Virus record (IMG/VR): IMGVR_UViG_3300044445_000196
Reading direction: 5' to 3' (one strand)
Source: an uncultured virus (IMG/VR IMGVR_UViG_3300044445_000196)
Lineage: Duplodnaviria > Heunggongvirae > Uroviricota > Caudoviricetes
DNA length: 64,000 nucleotides
Shown here: one piece after another, positions 1-10,300 of the stretch
Numbering within the stretch: the stretch's first letter is position 1
Layout of the letters: each line of letters opens with the position of its first letter
The notes under the pieces: model-generated
The model's database searches: none
Seen by the model: the letters and a program-made list of their open reading frames with translations, nothing else
Told to the model about the DNA's origin: nothing
Program-made: the position numbers and the translations under genes

Positions 1-2490
1 ATGCTCACCTCCACCGCGTACCGCTTCACCACCGCCGGAAGCCTCGACGCCAACCCCACCCTCGCCCGCCAGCGCGCGTCCGTCGCCCTCAGCGTCGCAC
101 CCGCCGGGACGACCTTCCTCACCCGCCGCGAGGGGGCGATGCTCGCGCACTACCTCGTCATGCCGGGCGAAGGTCACAGCGACCCCATCAACGCCGCGAA
201 GACGGTCGCTGCCCGCATCGAACAGGTTGAAGCGCCCGACCTCTCCGCCGTCGCGGCGGTCGCTGTGCTGCGGATGCCCACCGACGGGATCCCCGGGTCG
301 AACCCGCAGATGAACGCTGAGGTCGCCGCCGTCGTGGACGCCGCCTCGAGCGCGCTCCGCGACGGGGAATGGGTGGCTGCGTCCATCCGCAAACCCGCGC
401 AGTCAGAGGTCACCGGGCACGGCAAGTGGATGAGCCAGTACGGCGTCCACACGCACCACTCGAAGGAAGCGAACGCCGTCGTCATGAGCGTCTGGGCGGG
501 AGGTGATTCGCTCGGTCAAGCGCAGTCGCTGCTACAGCAGGTCGCGGGAGCCCTCCCCGGCTTCGACATGCCCCGGCGCGCGAACGGAATCAACACCCAC
601 GGCACCAAGCTCGCTTTCGCCGGCACCGCCGCGGCAGGCGCCGCGTACGGCATCGTCCCCGGCATCGTCGAGATCGCTGCCCCCTACCCGGCGCTCGGTT
701 TCGTCGTCGCCGGCGCGGGGGTCGCAGGCCTCACCCTCAGCGCGATGGACAAGCTGCCCTCGCGGATGAAGGCACTCCGCCAGAAGCTCGCGGTCGGCCT
801 CGTGCCCGCGCCCCCGCGCCGAGTGGTTCCCGCCGCGAAAGCCCGTGCGCAGCGCACGGACCGGGACGGCAATGTCACCCAGGTCGCACGTAACGCCAGC
901 TACCCGTTGCACACCGAGTCCTACCTCGTCGGCGCGCTGTCTCCGCTCACCCTCGTCGCCCCCCACGCCGGCGCGCAGTCGGGCGCTGCGATGACCTCCG
1001 CCCGCTCCACCCCACCGCAGCTGTTCGACGCCATCGGGCCCCTCTTCGGGTACGCCGACGGCGACATCCCCGTGCACCTCACCGACGAGGGAGACTGGCG
1101 AGGACTGATGGCGCTCGGCGCCGCCGGCTCCGGCAAGAGCGTGCTCCTGCAGGGCGTGTTTGGCTACGACGCCGCCCGCAAGGCAGGTCAGGTCCACCGC
1201 CCCTCGGGGCGCTTCAACGCGCAGGTCGCCTTCGACACCAAGGACGGCGCATCCGCGACCGAGTACACCGCATGGGCGGAGGCCGCGGGCCTGCCGATCC
1301 TCCGCACCGCTGACGAGTACGACGCGTGGACGAAGGGCCCGAAGACGACGCCGCCGGTGCTCGTGCTGAACGTCGCCGACCTCACCAGCGCGCTCGGTGT
1401 GGACCTGTTCCCCGCCACCGCCGACGCGATGAACCGTGCCCGCCGCGCCGTGGGTGCGCTGAAGTACACCTTCGGCGCGAACGCCATCGGACCGGAGTCG
1501 TTCGCGACCCTCAGCCGTGTCCTCATCGGCGCGTTCGCCGTCACCCCCGCCGTCGCCGCCGAGGCCCTGGTCGACACGGGCCGCTCCCCGTTCTTCTACG
1601 CCGGTCTCCTGCTCGGCACCCGCGGTGACGAGGTCGGTCAGCGCATCGCGCAGGCGCTCCGCTCCGCCGGCGAACGCGACAAGGTCGCCGAGGCGCTGAC
1701 GGCGTGGGAGGCCCTCGCGCCGCTGTACGCCCCGACCATCACCGTCGCCGCGCGCGCCCGCTTGACGCAGGCCCCGCAGAACAAGATGGAGCAGATGCTC
1801 GCCGCCGAACAGTGGTGGTCCCGCACCACCGCACCGACGTGGGCGCAGCTGCTCCAGGACAACGCCACGGTCATCATCGACTTCGGCGCCAAGGGCGGGT
1901 TCCTGATGGACGAGGAGCAGCGCGAGCAACTCGCGTCGCTGATGCTCTACACCCTGCACGAGGAGATCAAGCTGCACGCCGTCGGGTGGCAGGAGCAGAA
2001 CCGGATGGTCACCGTCTACGCCGACGAGCTCAAGCACATCGCCCGCAACTCCCCCGACGTCATCAACTGGGCCCGCCAGGACGGTCGCAGCTTCGGTGTG
2101 CGCCTGGTGGTCGCGACCCAGGAGCCGGAGCAGTTGGAGGACTCCGTCCGCAAGACCGTGATGGGTCTCGGCACGCTCGTCGCGTTCCAGCAGTCGGAGG
2201 CATCCGTCATCAAGGCGGTGCTCGAGAACATCTCCGTCGACGGCAGCGACTGGGAGACGAAAGACATCGCTCAGCTGCCGAAGTACCACGCCATCGTCCG
2301 CACCCACGATGGCGGGACGCCGCTGACCGCGTTCACTGCGCGGGTGGCATTCTTCCGGGGCCTGCGCGGCGAGGAGTTCATCGCCGCGCAGAATCGCACC
2401 GCCGGGGCCACCCCCACGCACACGACCGCGCCTGTCGCCGACGCCGGAATCACCTTCGCGGTGTTCGACCCCACCGCGGAGGAGAAGTGA
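1..2490 (+). CDS. VirD4/TraD-like type IV coupling ATPase (may extend upstream of the window)
   Basis: Two TM segments, Walker A GAAGSGKS, Walker B VYADELKH, and GRSFGVRLVVATQEPEQL typical of coupling proteins. Confidence 0.8.
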   Translation: MLTSTAYRFTTAGSLDANPTLARQRASVALSVAPAGTTFLTRREGAMLAHYLVMPGEGHSDPINAAKTVAARIEQVEAPDLSAVAAVAVLRMPTDGIPGSNPQMNAEVAAVVDAASSALRDGEWVAASIRKPAQSEVTGHGKWMSQYGVHTHHSKEANAVVMSVWAGGDSLGQAQSLLQQVAGALPGFDMPRRANGINTHGTKLAFAGTAAAGAAYGIVPGIVEIAAPYPALGFVVAGAGVAGLTLSAMDKLPSRMKALRQKLAVGLVPAPPRRVVPAAKARAQRTDRDGNVTQVARNASYPLHTESYLVGALSPLTLVAPHAGAQSGAAMTSARSTPPQLFDAIGPLFGYADGDIPVHLTDEGDWRGLMALGAAGSGKSVLLQGVFGYDAARKAGQVHRPSGRFNAQVAFDTKDGASATEYTAWAEAAGLPILRTADEYDAWTKGPKTTPPVLVLNVADLTSALGVDLFPATADAMNRARRAVGALKYTFGANAIGPESFATLSRVLIGAFAVTPAVAAEALVDTGRSPFFYAGLLLGTRGDEVGQRIAQALRSAGERDKVAEALTAWEALAPLYAPTITVAARARLTQAPQNKMEQMLAAEQWWSRTTAPTWAQLLQDNATVIIDFGAKGGFLMDEEQREQLASLMLYTLHEEIKLHAVGWQEQNRMVTVYADELKHIARNSPDVINWARQDGRSFGVRLVVATQEPEQLEDSVRKTVMGLGTLVAFQQSEASVIKAVLENISVDGSDWETKDIAQLPKYHAIVRTHDGGTPLTAFTARVAFFRGLRGEEFIAAQNRTAGATPTHTTAPVADAGITFAVFDPTAEEK

Positions 2491-3860
2491 CGCACCTCGC
2501 CTCCCTCCCCTCCCGCACCCCGACGCACCGACTGCGTGGGGCGGTGCGCGATGACCCGTACTGGTCGAGCATCTGGCGCAACGGATCCATCGGCGACTGG
2601 TACTCCGCGAACGACTATCGGGCGCTGCACCGCGCAGGCTTCGTCGTCGCCCCCGCGTGGTTGGACATGACCGAAGCGGACGCCCGCCGCCGGGTGCTGG
2701 CGCCCCGCAACCGGGAGAGCATCCTGCGCGTGCTCGCGGGCTTGGACCAGTGGCGCACGATGAGCGTGCAGCAGCTCGAAGCTCTCACCGATGTGCCCTC
2801 CCTCACCCGCGGGAACGCGTCGATGCTGTCCACGCTGTGGAACGCAGGCCTGGTGGAGATCTGCGAGCTCGGCGCGGTGTTCAAGCGCGGCCCCCGCGAA
2901 CGCGACGGCATCCTGGTGCGCCCCGCCCGCGCCGGGTCCGTCCTCGCGGAGTTCGAAGCGACCCTCACCTCCGTGGAGCGGGTGTCCGTGCACGCCGGTC
3001 TCGGTTTCGACAGCGACCGCCAGTTCACCCGCCACAACATCCTCGCCACCGAGCTTGCCCTGCGCGTCGCCGAGTACGGGCGTGCGGCGATGGTGCTCGG
3101 CGAGAAGCTGTCGACCATGTCCTTGCTGGCGTACTCCGGTGTCGGCCAGCCCGTCCCGAGCGCGGGCGCCGGCGGCAGCTCCGACCTCACCCTCGTACGC
3201 CCGGACGGTCTCCGCATCGCCGTGGAGCTGACCGCGTCCCTCTCCGGCGGCGCCGCCGGCTTCTACCGCAAGGCCGAACGCATCGTGCAGATCCTGCACC
3301 GCCGCCCCCTCGCGGAGACCGGGCTGATGGTGCTGTTCGTCGTCGCACCCCGCCAGGACTCCACCGACACCGACCCGCGCCGTGTGCTGGGACAGGTCAA
3401 GCGCGCGGTGCAGAAGGCGGTGCACACCTACCCCGGCACGGTGGTGGACCCCACCGCGGCACGCGTTGCCGTCGCGAGCTGGGCGGAGCTGTTCCCGACC
3501 GACCGCACCGCTCACCCCGACTTCTCCCTCCTCCCCGTCGAACGCCCCACCGGGCCCGGCTACCGCGGCGACCTCGACGACCCGCACGTGTGGGAGGAGG
3601 CGCGAATGCTCGACGCACAGTCCACACCGTTCACCGCGCTGAACCCGCGCGCGCTTACCGCCGTGGTCGGTAACGCCAGCGGACTGCGCGGCATCCCCCA
3701 CGCGCTCCGCCGCGAGCGCGGACGGCCGAACCTCTCCGACTGGGCGCTGCGTGAGCTCGGCTTCGACGAGGGCATCCCGCAGGTGCACGGGACCAAACCC
3801 ATCGGCGAAGGACGCGGCGTCAGCGGGGTGGCCGCCATTCCTGAGCGCCTGCGGTACTGA
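2487..3860 (+). CDS. Replication-relaxation-like (PD-(D/E)xK) protein, candidate relaxase
   Basis: GTG overlaps upstream stop; wHTH-like N-part, RHNILATEL and SDLTLVRPDGLRIAVELT motifs; directly follows the coupling protein. Confidence 0.6.
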   Translation: MTHLASLPSRTPTHRLRGAVRDDPYWSSIWRNGSIGDWYSANDYRALHRAGFVVAPAWLDMTEADARRRVLAPRNRESILRVLAGLDQWRTMSVQQLEALTDVPSLTRGNASMLSTLWNAGLVEICELGAVFKRGPRERDGILVRPARAGSVLAEFEATLTSVERVSVHAGLGFDSDRQFTRHNILATELALRVAEYGRAAMVLGEKLSTMSLLAYSGVGQPVPSAGAGGSSDLTLVRPDGLRIAVELTASLSGGAAGFYRKAERIVQILHRRPLAETGLMVLFVVAPRQDSTDTDPRRVLGQVKRAVQKAVHTYPGTVVDPTAARVAVASWAELFPTDRTAHPDFSLLPVERPTGPGYRGDLDDPHVWEEARMLDAQSTPFTALNPRALTAVVGNASGLRGIPHALRRERGRPNLSDWALRELGFDEGIPQVHGTKPIGEGRGVSGVAAIPERLRY

Positions 3861-3932
3861 CGCGAGGACAGCATGGCACCTCCGCCTGCAGGGGGAGGCG
3901 AGCGGAGCGAGCACCCACGTAGCGTCGACACC

Positions 3933-4115
3933 ATGAGCGAGACCAACCGCCCCGACCGCGACGAACGTCAGCGTCGTCTCACGGCCCTCGGCGTCTCGCT
4001 CGGCCTGTGCTTCGGCGCTCTCGCCGGGCTGCTGCTGTTCGACAACATCGGTGTCGGCATCGGCCTCGGCATCGGTGTGGGGCTCTCCGTCGCGGCGGTC
4101 GCCGGGCGCAAGTGA
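3933..4115 (+). CDS. Small glycine-rich membrane protein
   Basis: Two hydrophobic segments; TAGCGT -10-like hexamer 7 nt before ATG. Confidence 0.6.
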   Translation: MSETNRPDRDERQRRLTALGVSLGLCFGALAGLLLFDNIGVGIGLGIGVGLSVAAVAGRK

Positions 4116-4143
4116 GCTCGCGCCGACCGCGGATAATGGAGGG

Positions 4144-4689
4144 GTGACACCCCCGCTCCACCCCGGCACCACCCGCAGATGGGCCGCTGTGGTGTACGTC
4201 ACCGCGGCGCTGGCCTGGACCCTCGCCGGGCTCGGCGTGACGACGCTGCTCGCGCTGGGCGGGTTCGCTTGGGCATCTACGGACGCGACCCCCGTGGACG
4301 TGCGCCCCTACCTCTGGCTCGCCCTCGTGGGGGCACCGCTGCTGGTGTTCCTCGCACCGTTCTTTGTCCACCGGCTGACGACAGTGACGACGCAGTTGGC
4401 TGCCAGCTTCGCGGGGATGTTCGCACTGTGCTGCCTGGTTGTGGCCACCGGCGTCAGCGCCGTGCCCGCCATGGCTGAGGAGGGCGTCCCGCCGGCGGTG
4501 ATCGCAGACGCGTTCGGTTACGCCGTGGTGTGGTGTGCGATGCCGCTGAGTGTCGCCGTCGTGACCGCCGCGGTGCACGTGGCCGTCCGCAGCCGCCACG
4601 GAGTCACCCCACTGCCGCCGGGATGGGTGCCCGCCCCCGTGAACCGACCGGCGGCCCCGCGCGACACCGGCGAGATCCTCCTTCGCTGA
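4144..4689 (+). CDS. Four-TM membrane protein
   Basis: Four hydrophobic helices; start chosen at GTG after GATAAT. Confidence 0.6.
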   Translation: MTPPLHPGTTRRWAAVVYVTAALAWTLAGLGVTTLLALGGFAWASTDATPVDVRPYLWLALVGAPLLVFLAPFFVHRLTTVTTQLAASFAGMFALCCLVVATGVSAVPAMAEEGVPPAVIADAFGYAVVWCAMPLSVAVVTAAVHVAVRSRHGVTPLPPGWVPAPVNRPAAPRDTGEILLR

Positions 4690-4732
4690 GGCGCGCTGCC
4701 TCGTACATGCAGAGCACCTCGGACTTCGGTTT

Positions 4733-4996
4733 CTGCCAAGGTTGACCAGCTCTGCCAAGGTCACCTTGGCAGCGTTTTAGCCCGGAATTACGGGGCAGGA
4801 AGACCCCCCTGCCAAGGTAGCCAAGGTAGTAGGTAATCCATGAGGAGAAAAAGAGAGAGATAGAGATATCCCCCTCTCCCTCTCTTTTTCCTCTTATGGA
4901 TAGCTATTCCGCGCTTGCCAACCTTGGCAGCCACCTCAAGATCCGCGTCTTTCCGCGGCTCAACGGGGATCTCGACCTTGGCTTTTCGCTTGGCAG
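4733..4996. repeat. Origin-like array: CTGCCAAGGT repeats converging on an AT-rich imperfect palindrome
   Basis: Forward copies at 4733, 4752, 4809, 4820 (partial); reverse copies at 4763, 4921, 4975, 4989 (last two partial); purine/pyrimidine inverted repeat 4836-4901 around GATATC. Confidence 0.75.
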
Positions 4997-5024
4997 ACCC
5001 TGGCGCAGCTGGGCGGCGGCTCTC

Positions 5025-5035
5025 GCCGCGCACAT
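5025..5035 (+). promoter_or_regulatory. Class A motif GCCGCGCACAT, 7 nt before ATG 5043
   Basis: One of 11 exact copies found with identical spacing. Confidence 0.75.
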
Positions 5036-5042
5036 CAGGGGC

Positions 5043-5732
5043 ATGGCAGACATGACCCCCGACCAGATCGCCCAGCGCGAGGCAGCACGCACCCGCACCG
5101 GCGAGTTCGGCACCCACGACCGCACCGACCCCGAGATCGACCTGGGCGGCGGGAACGCCTACAACGACGTCACCGCCCCCGTCACCGTGAAGGTCCACCT
5201 CGAGCAGTGGCACGAGGACGCCTACGTCGTGACGGTGGGAGCCGTCGACTTCGACGCCCGCGCCCTCCTCGACGCTGAGCCCCTCCGCGAGCTGGAGAAC
5301 ACCGGCTCCGACACCGACTGGGTGTTCGAACGCGCGCAGACGCTCGGCCTCGTCGACGGCCACGACGGTCCGTTCACGGTCGAGCTCCCGGACGACTTCG
5401 AGGACTACATCACCCACCGCGAGAACAACGGCATGGTGGACGCGTACGAGCTCGCGCACGAGTCCATCGCTCTGCAGCAGGCCGAGGTCGCCACGAAGCG
5501 TCGCGCGGACGCACTCGAGGAAGCCGACCGTCAGCTGTCCATCGCCGGCACCGACCCGAAGACCAACGACGAGCTCACCCCGGGTGACGTGCTCGTCAGC
5601 GGCAAGCACCGCCTCACTATCGACAACATCGAGCGCTCCTCCACCATGCCGGGGATGCTCGCCGTCGAGACGGAGTTCGGAACCCTCTACCTCGACCCCG
5701 CAGAGACCAGCCAGGTCGAACGCGAGTTCTGA
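5043..5732 (+). CDS. Hypothetical protein with shared N-terminal signal-like peptide
   Basis: REAARTRTGEFGTHDRTDPEIDL; class A motif upstream; terminator downstream. Confidence 0.8.
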   Translation: MADMTPDQIAQREAARTRTGEFGTHDRTDPEIDLGGGNAYNDVTAPVTVKVHLEQWHEDAYVVTVGAVDFDARALLDAEPLRELENTGSDTDWVFERAQTLGLVDGHDGPFTVELPDDFEDYITHRENNGMVDAYELAHESIALQQAEVATKRRADALEEADRQLSIAGTDPKTNDELTPGDVLVSGKHRLTIDNIERSSTMPGMLAVETEFGTLYLDPAETSQVEREF

Positions 5733-5744
5733 GCGCGAGACGAC

Positions 5745-5770
5745 AGGCCCGGGTGCGCACCCGGGCCTTT
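5745..5770 (+). terminator. Intrinsic terminator
   Basis: Palindrome AGGCCCGGGTGC/GCACCCGGGCCT followed by T residues. Confidence 0.7.
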
Positions 5771-5822
5771 CGTGTGTCGCAGGGTGTGCAGCGACCCCCG
5801 CCCCTCACCTCAGGAGCCCATC

Positions 5823-6272
5823 GTGAACGTCCGCATCCTTTCCCTCTCCGCCGCCACCCTCGGCCTTGCCCTCGCGCTCACCGGGTGCTCGTCCGCCGCG
5901 GACCCGGCACCGTCGGAGCCCGCCCCCATCTCCAGCGAGTCCGCCCCGTCGCCCACCACGGGTGAGGACATCGCGAACTCCGGCGCCGCGGTCCTGCCGC
6001 TGCGTGTCGTCGAGATCGAGAGCAGGGAGGTCGACGGCGTGCAGGTGAATCGTCTTGTGCTCACCGACGCCACCCCGCTGAGCGGGGGCGAGTTCCAGGC
6101 GGTCCTCTCCGTCCTCCCCTCCACCAGCGCCGACAAGATTGCCCTCGTCGCCACCACCGCCGACGGGGCCCCCGTCGACGTCACCTCCGCCGCGGTCGAG
6201 CTGGATGTGCCCCAGGACACGTACCCGGAGGGTGCGCTGTTCACCGCGGACGACATCGACGCTCTTCGCTGA
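5823..6272 (+). CDS. Lipoprotein
   Basis: Signal peptide with lipobox LTGC; AGGAG RBS; GTCGCAGGGT (class C variant) at 5776. Confidence 0.8.
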   Translation: MNVRILSLSAATLGLALALTGCSSAADPAPSEPAPISSESAPSPTTGEDIANSGAAVLPLRVVEIESREVDGVQVNRLVLTDATPLSGGEFQAVLSVLPSTSADKIALVATTADGAPVDVTSAAVELDVPQDTYPEGALFTADDIDALR

Positions 6273-6278
6273 ACCCAC

Positions 6279-6317
6279 CGACAACGGCCCCGGTCACGGT
6301 GACCGGGGCCGTTGTCG
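6279..6317 (+). terminator. Long hairpin/terminator
   Basis: 19-bp perfect inverted repeat. Confidence 0.7.
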
Positions 6318-6338
6318 TCTGCGCGCATAGACCCCGGC

Positions 6339-6623
6339 ATGAGCGCGACGAGCAAGCGGACCTGCCCGCATCCGGAGAAGGCGAGACTGCGTAGCCCCGC
6401 CCACGCCCGCCAGACCGCCGCGTTCGCGGTGCGCGCCGACAACGCCCGACGCCTCATCGCCCCACCGCTGTGGTGGTACCGGTGCACATGCTCCCGCATC
6501 CACCTCACCTCCCGTGAGCCGCGGGAAGAGCCGGACGGGCGAACCACCGGCGTCGCGCACGCCGTCTCAGCCGCGCTGCAGCAGTGGGCGTTCCCCCCGG
6601 TCGCCGCAGGGTACGCGGCATGA
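6339..6623 (+). CDS. Small putative Zn-binding protein
   Basis: C...YRCTC..HLTS pattern; GCGCATAG at 6323. Confidence 0.65.
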   Translation: MSATSKRTCPHPEKARLRSPAHARQTAAFAVRADNARRLIAPPLWWYRCTCSRIHLTSREPREEPDGRTTGVAHAVSAALQQWAFPPVAAGYAA

Positions 6624-6769
6624 GCAAACGAGCCTCCGAACAGCGCGACGACATCACCGCCTGGTTCGCGTCCATGCCCGGCCTGATCTTCTCCGGCATC
6701 GTCCTCGGCGGCGGCGCGCTGTGGTTTATCGGCACCATCGTCGTCACTCTCATAAAGCAGGGGCTCTGA
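6620..6769 (+). CDS. Small single-TM protein
   Basis: Class C motif at 6603, 7 nt before ATG; hydrophobic segment. Confidence 0.6.
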   Translation: MSKRASEQRDDITAWFASMPGLIFSGIVLGGGALWFIGTIVVTLIKQGL

Positions 6770-6771
6770 GC

Positions 6772-7332
6772 ATGCCCAGCTACGGCCGCGCCGGCGGTTC
6801 GCTCGGCGGCGACGCCGCCTTCGCGAAGAACGCCGCCACCGCCCGCACCGGCCGAGCCGGAGAGGTCATCACCTCCATCGCCCTCGACAAGATGGCTCGC
6901 GACCTCGGGTTTGCCGTTCTCCACGACCTGCGCATCCCCGGAGCCCAGGCCAACATCGACCACATCGTCGTCTCCGGCGACCGGGTCTGGATCGTGGACA
7001 CGAAGGTGTGGAAGCCCGGCTTCTACTTCACCCTTTTCGGGCGTACCTACCGCGGCCGAGAGCGTGTCCCCCACGCCGACAAACGCGGCATCCCCCTCGC
7101 GCACACCCGCATCGAGGCGTACCTCCGCGAGAACGGCCACCCCGCCCGGATGCAGCGCCCGGTGATGGTCGTGCACCCCTCGAAGACCGGGCACAAGATC
7201 AGCCTCTGGGCGTACCGGCCGGCGTCGGATCCGGGTGCCCGGGTCCGGGCTGTCACCGTCGACCTGCTCGGCTTCCCTCCCCGCCCCGCCGACGCCGGCA
7301 TCGTCGCCGCCCTCACTCGCCTTCTGCACTAG
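6772..7332 (+). CDS. NERD-domain nuclease
   Basis: GRAGE...LHDLRIPG..NIDHIVVSGDRVWIVDTKVW signature. Confidence 0.85.
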   Translation: MPSYGRAGGSLGGDAAFAKNAATARTGRAGEVITSIALDKMARDLGFAVLHDLRIPGAQANIDHIVVSGDRVWIVDTKVWKPGFYFTLFGRTYRGRERVPHADKRGIPLAHTRIEAYLRENGHPARMQRPVMVVHPSKTGHKISLWAYRPASDPGARVRAVTVDLLGFPPRPADAGIVAALTRLLH

Positions 7333-7340
7333 GAGACACC

Positions 7341-10300
7341 GTGCCGCAGCGCAACGCAGCGGTCCAGGCTCCCGCGAACTTCGCACCGGTCATCGCGACC
7401 CTCGCCGTCGTCGCGGGGCTTCTGGCCCTCACCTTCCAGCTCCCCGGGGCCCTCATCATCGCCGCGGGAATCTCCGCCGCCGGGTTCTTCTTCAACGCGC
7501 CCCCGCAGCTGAACGCCAAGGAGGTCGTCCCCGAGCACGTTCAACGGCAGTCCCGCCGCTGGCGTGACCTCCGCTGGCGCGCGCTCATCCCCAACGGGGA
7601 CTGGCTGGTGAACCGGCCGGAGGAGATGCCGGCCTACCGCAACGGCGGCCGCGCGCTCACCGAGAAGATCGGAACGAAGCTGCCCGCCGCCGTCCGGGCA
7701 CCCCTCGGCATGCTCGGCGAAGGTCTCGGCGCCGCAGCCTGGCTCATCCTGCCCTCCCGGTGGGTGCCGCTGGTCGCGCTCAGCCTCGCTGCAGCCATCG
7801 CCACGATCCCCGCGAACCTCAGCTCCCTCGCGCAGTGGATGGACCCGGAATACCTCGCGTACGACCTGCTGTGGCTGAACGTCGTCTACACGTACGCCGT
7901 GGTCATGACTGTCGACGCCGTCACCCGCCGCACTGCCGCCGTCGCGGACCCCAGCCCCGGTGTGCCCATCAGCCACCTCACCGGCAAAGCCGCAACCGGT
8001 GACGGCGGTGCCTGGCGCGCGCTCATTGGCTTCGGCTTCCTCGCCGCCGTCATCGCCGTCGGCATCAGCCTCACCCTGCTCTCCCTCGAGCTCGGGTACC
8101 TGTTGGTTCCCGTCTGGCTCACCGGGAGCGGCCTGGGTGTCGCCGCGGCCGCCGGATGCCTGCACGGCGTCTCCCGCACCGGGGCTCTTGCCGCTTGGCG
8201 GGAGAAGGTCGCCGCTCGCGCCGCGTGGGAACCACGGTGGGAGGCGATGAAGAACCCGGAGGTGCGCCTCATCGACCACGCGACGGTCGGGTCCTTCGTC
8301 GTCGACACCTTCGAAGCGCCCCCGTCTCTGGGGTCAGCGAAAGCCATCAACCTCTACAACACCGTCGTGCCCTACCTCGCCGCCGGCGGGGAAGTCACGG
8401 TGGCGATGCTCACCGTGCCCGCGCTCGACAGTCAGGGTCAGCCCATCCCCGGTTCGGCGCACGCGACGCGCTTCCGCGTGGTCGTCGCCCCCGCCGACGC
8501 GGAGGTGAAGACCCGCGACACGGACGTTGATATCGCCGAGCTGAGCCTCGCCGCCGAGGTCGGAGCATTCAACGCCGCCCGCGAGATGGGCGCTCAGGTG
8601 CCGATCCTGCTCGGCCTGGAAGCCGCCCACACCCCCGACAGCCCCGTCGCGGTGTGGAAAACGACCTGGACCGTGCCGCTGGCATCCGCGATGACCGTCG
8701 CCTGGTCGCTCGGGGTGGACCCCGAGACCGGCATCTTCAACGAGGGGCGCGACACGTTCTTCGGCGACTTCGACGCCGCCACCCTCGGCGACCGGACCCT
8801 GCCTGCCCGGATGACGAAAGCCGCGTACGAAGCCCGGTGGATCCAGCGCTGGGCGGACGCGCTGAAACAGGGCGAGAAGCCCCCGCACCTGCAGTACGGC
8901 GCGGTCAAGCGCGAGCGCCTCAGCCCGACGCAGGAGCTGGTGTACGAGCCCTTCCTCGTCGGTCAGGGCCTCTCCCCCGCGCAGTATTTCGGCAAAAGCA
9001 TGCGCGAGCGCCTGTCCACCACGCTGAAAGCCGCTCCTTTCGTCGCCGTCATCGGTCTCACCGGACGCCTCGCCGCAGCCGCCGGACGCCTCGAGGATGG
9101 CATGCGCCACGCGCAGGGGTTCTGTGTTGTGCACTCCGCGACCCCCATCCCCACCAACCCCGCCGACATCGCCAGCCCCGGCCCGCGCGCCCGCGAGGTC
9201 GCGAACTGGGTCATGGGCGGCATCATCAACCGCGCGTTCGAGGACGCCAAGCTCGCCTACCCCGAAGTCATCTCCGCCGAAGCGCTCACCCGCCCGCAGA
9301 GCAAGGGCCACGTCTGGAAGGTGCACCTGCGCCTGTACGAAGGCGTCACCGCAGCGATGCTCAAACTCAACGCGGTCAAGCTCGCGCAGGCGATGGGCGG
9401 CGCCCGCTACCTCCGCTTCGAGGAGAGCACCTACGGCGCGTACGTCATCGTCGGCGCGATGCCGCGCGCAGAAGGGGTGAAGTTCGCCAACCCGATGGCC
9501 CTGGCCTACTGCGACAAGCTCGACTGGATGCAGGCGTTCCAGGACGTCGGCGTCCGCTCCGTCACTGATGGCTCGAGCCCGCTCATGCTGGACAATACCC
9601 CGCACGAGACGAACCCGAAGATCACCCGCCTGACCTTCTCCATGCCGGCGGGTCTGAACCTCGCGAAGATCCGCGAAGTCACCGACAAGCTGCGCGCCGC
9701 CACCGCGAACGACTACGTCGACATCCGCCCCGGAGACACCCCGGACAAGTTCGTCGTGCTCGCCGCGGAACAGAACCCCATCCCCTTCCCTGCCGTGCTC
9801 GACTGGGACGCCTCCGCTGACCTCAGCGGGAAGGGTGAGCACTCCATCCCGTTCGGCTACGCCACCGACGGCACCACCGTCAGCCTGAACTGGAAGAACG
9901 ACTTCCACATGATGGTGCTCGGCGGCTCCGGGTCCGGTAAGTCGTCGTTCATGCAGGTCCTCGTCGCCGGCGCCGTGCTCCGCGACTCCGACATCTTTGT
10001 GATGGACCCCACCAAGGGCGGTGTCGACTTCGAGTTCGCCGCGCCCTGGATCCGCGGGTTCGCCCGCGAAGGCCAGCACCTCGGCGCCGGTGAGCTCACC
10101 CAGCGCATCGGCATGGAGATGGAAGCACGCAAGAAGCTGAACGGCCAGTACGGCGTCGGCAACTACCGCGACCTCCCCGCGGAGGTCCGCCCCCGGCACA
10201 TGTTCGTCATCATCGACGAGTTCCAGTCCCTCATCAAGGAGGTCTCCCGCGGGACGCTGAAAGCCCCCGACACCACCGATGAGGTCGAGCTCGAGCTGTT

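Noticed and set aside
4896..5042. Upstream extension of the ORF 4896-5732 and similar extensions of other tagged ORFs
   Set aside because: The extension runs through the repeat array; the fixed motif-N7-ATG spacing and tag position point to the later starts.
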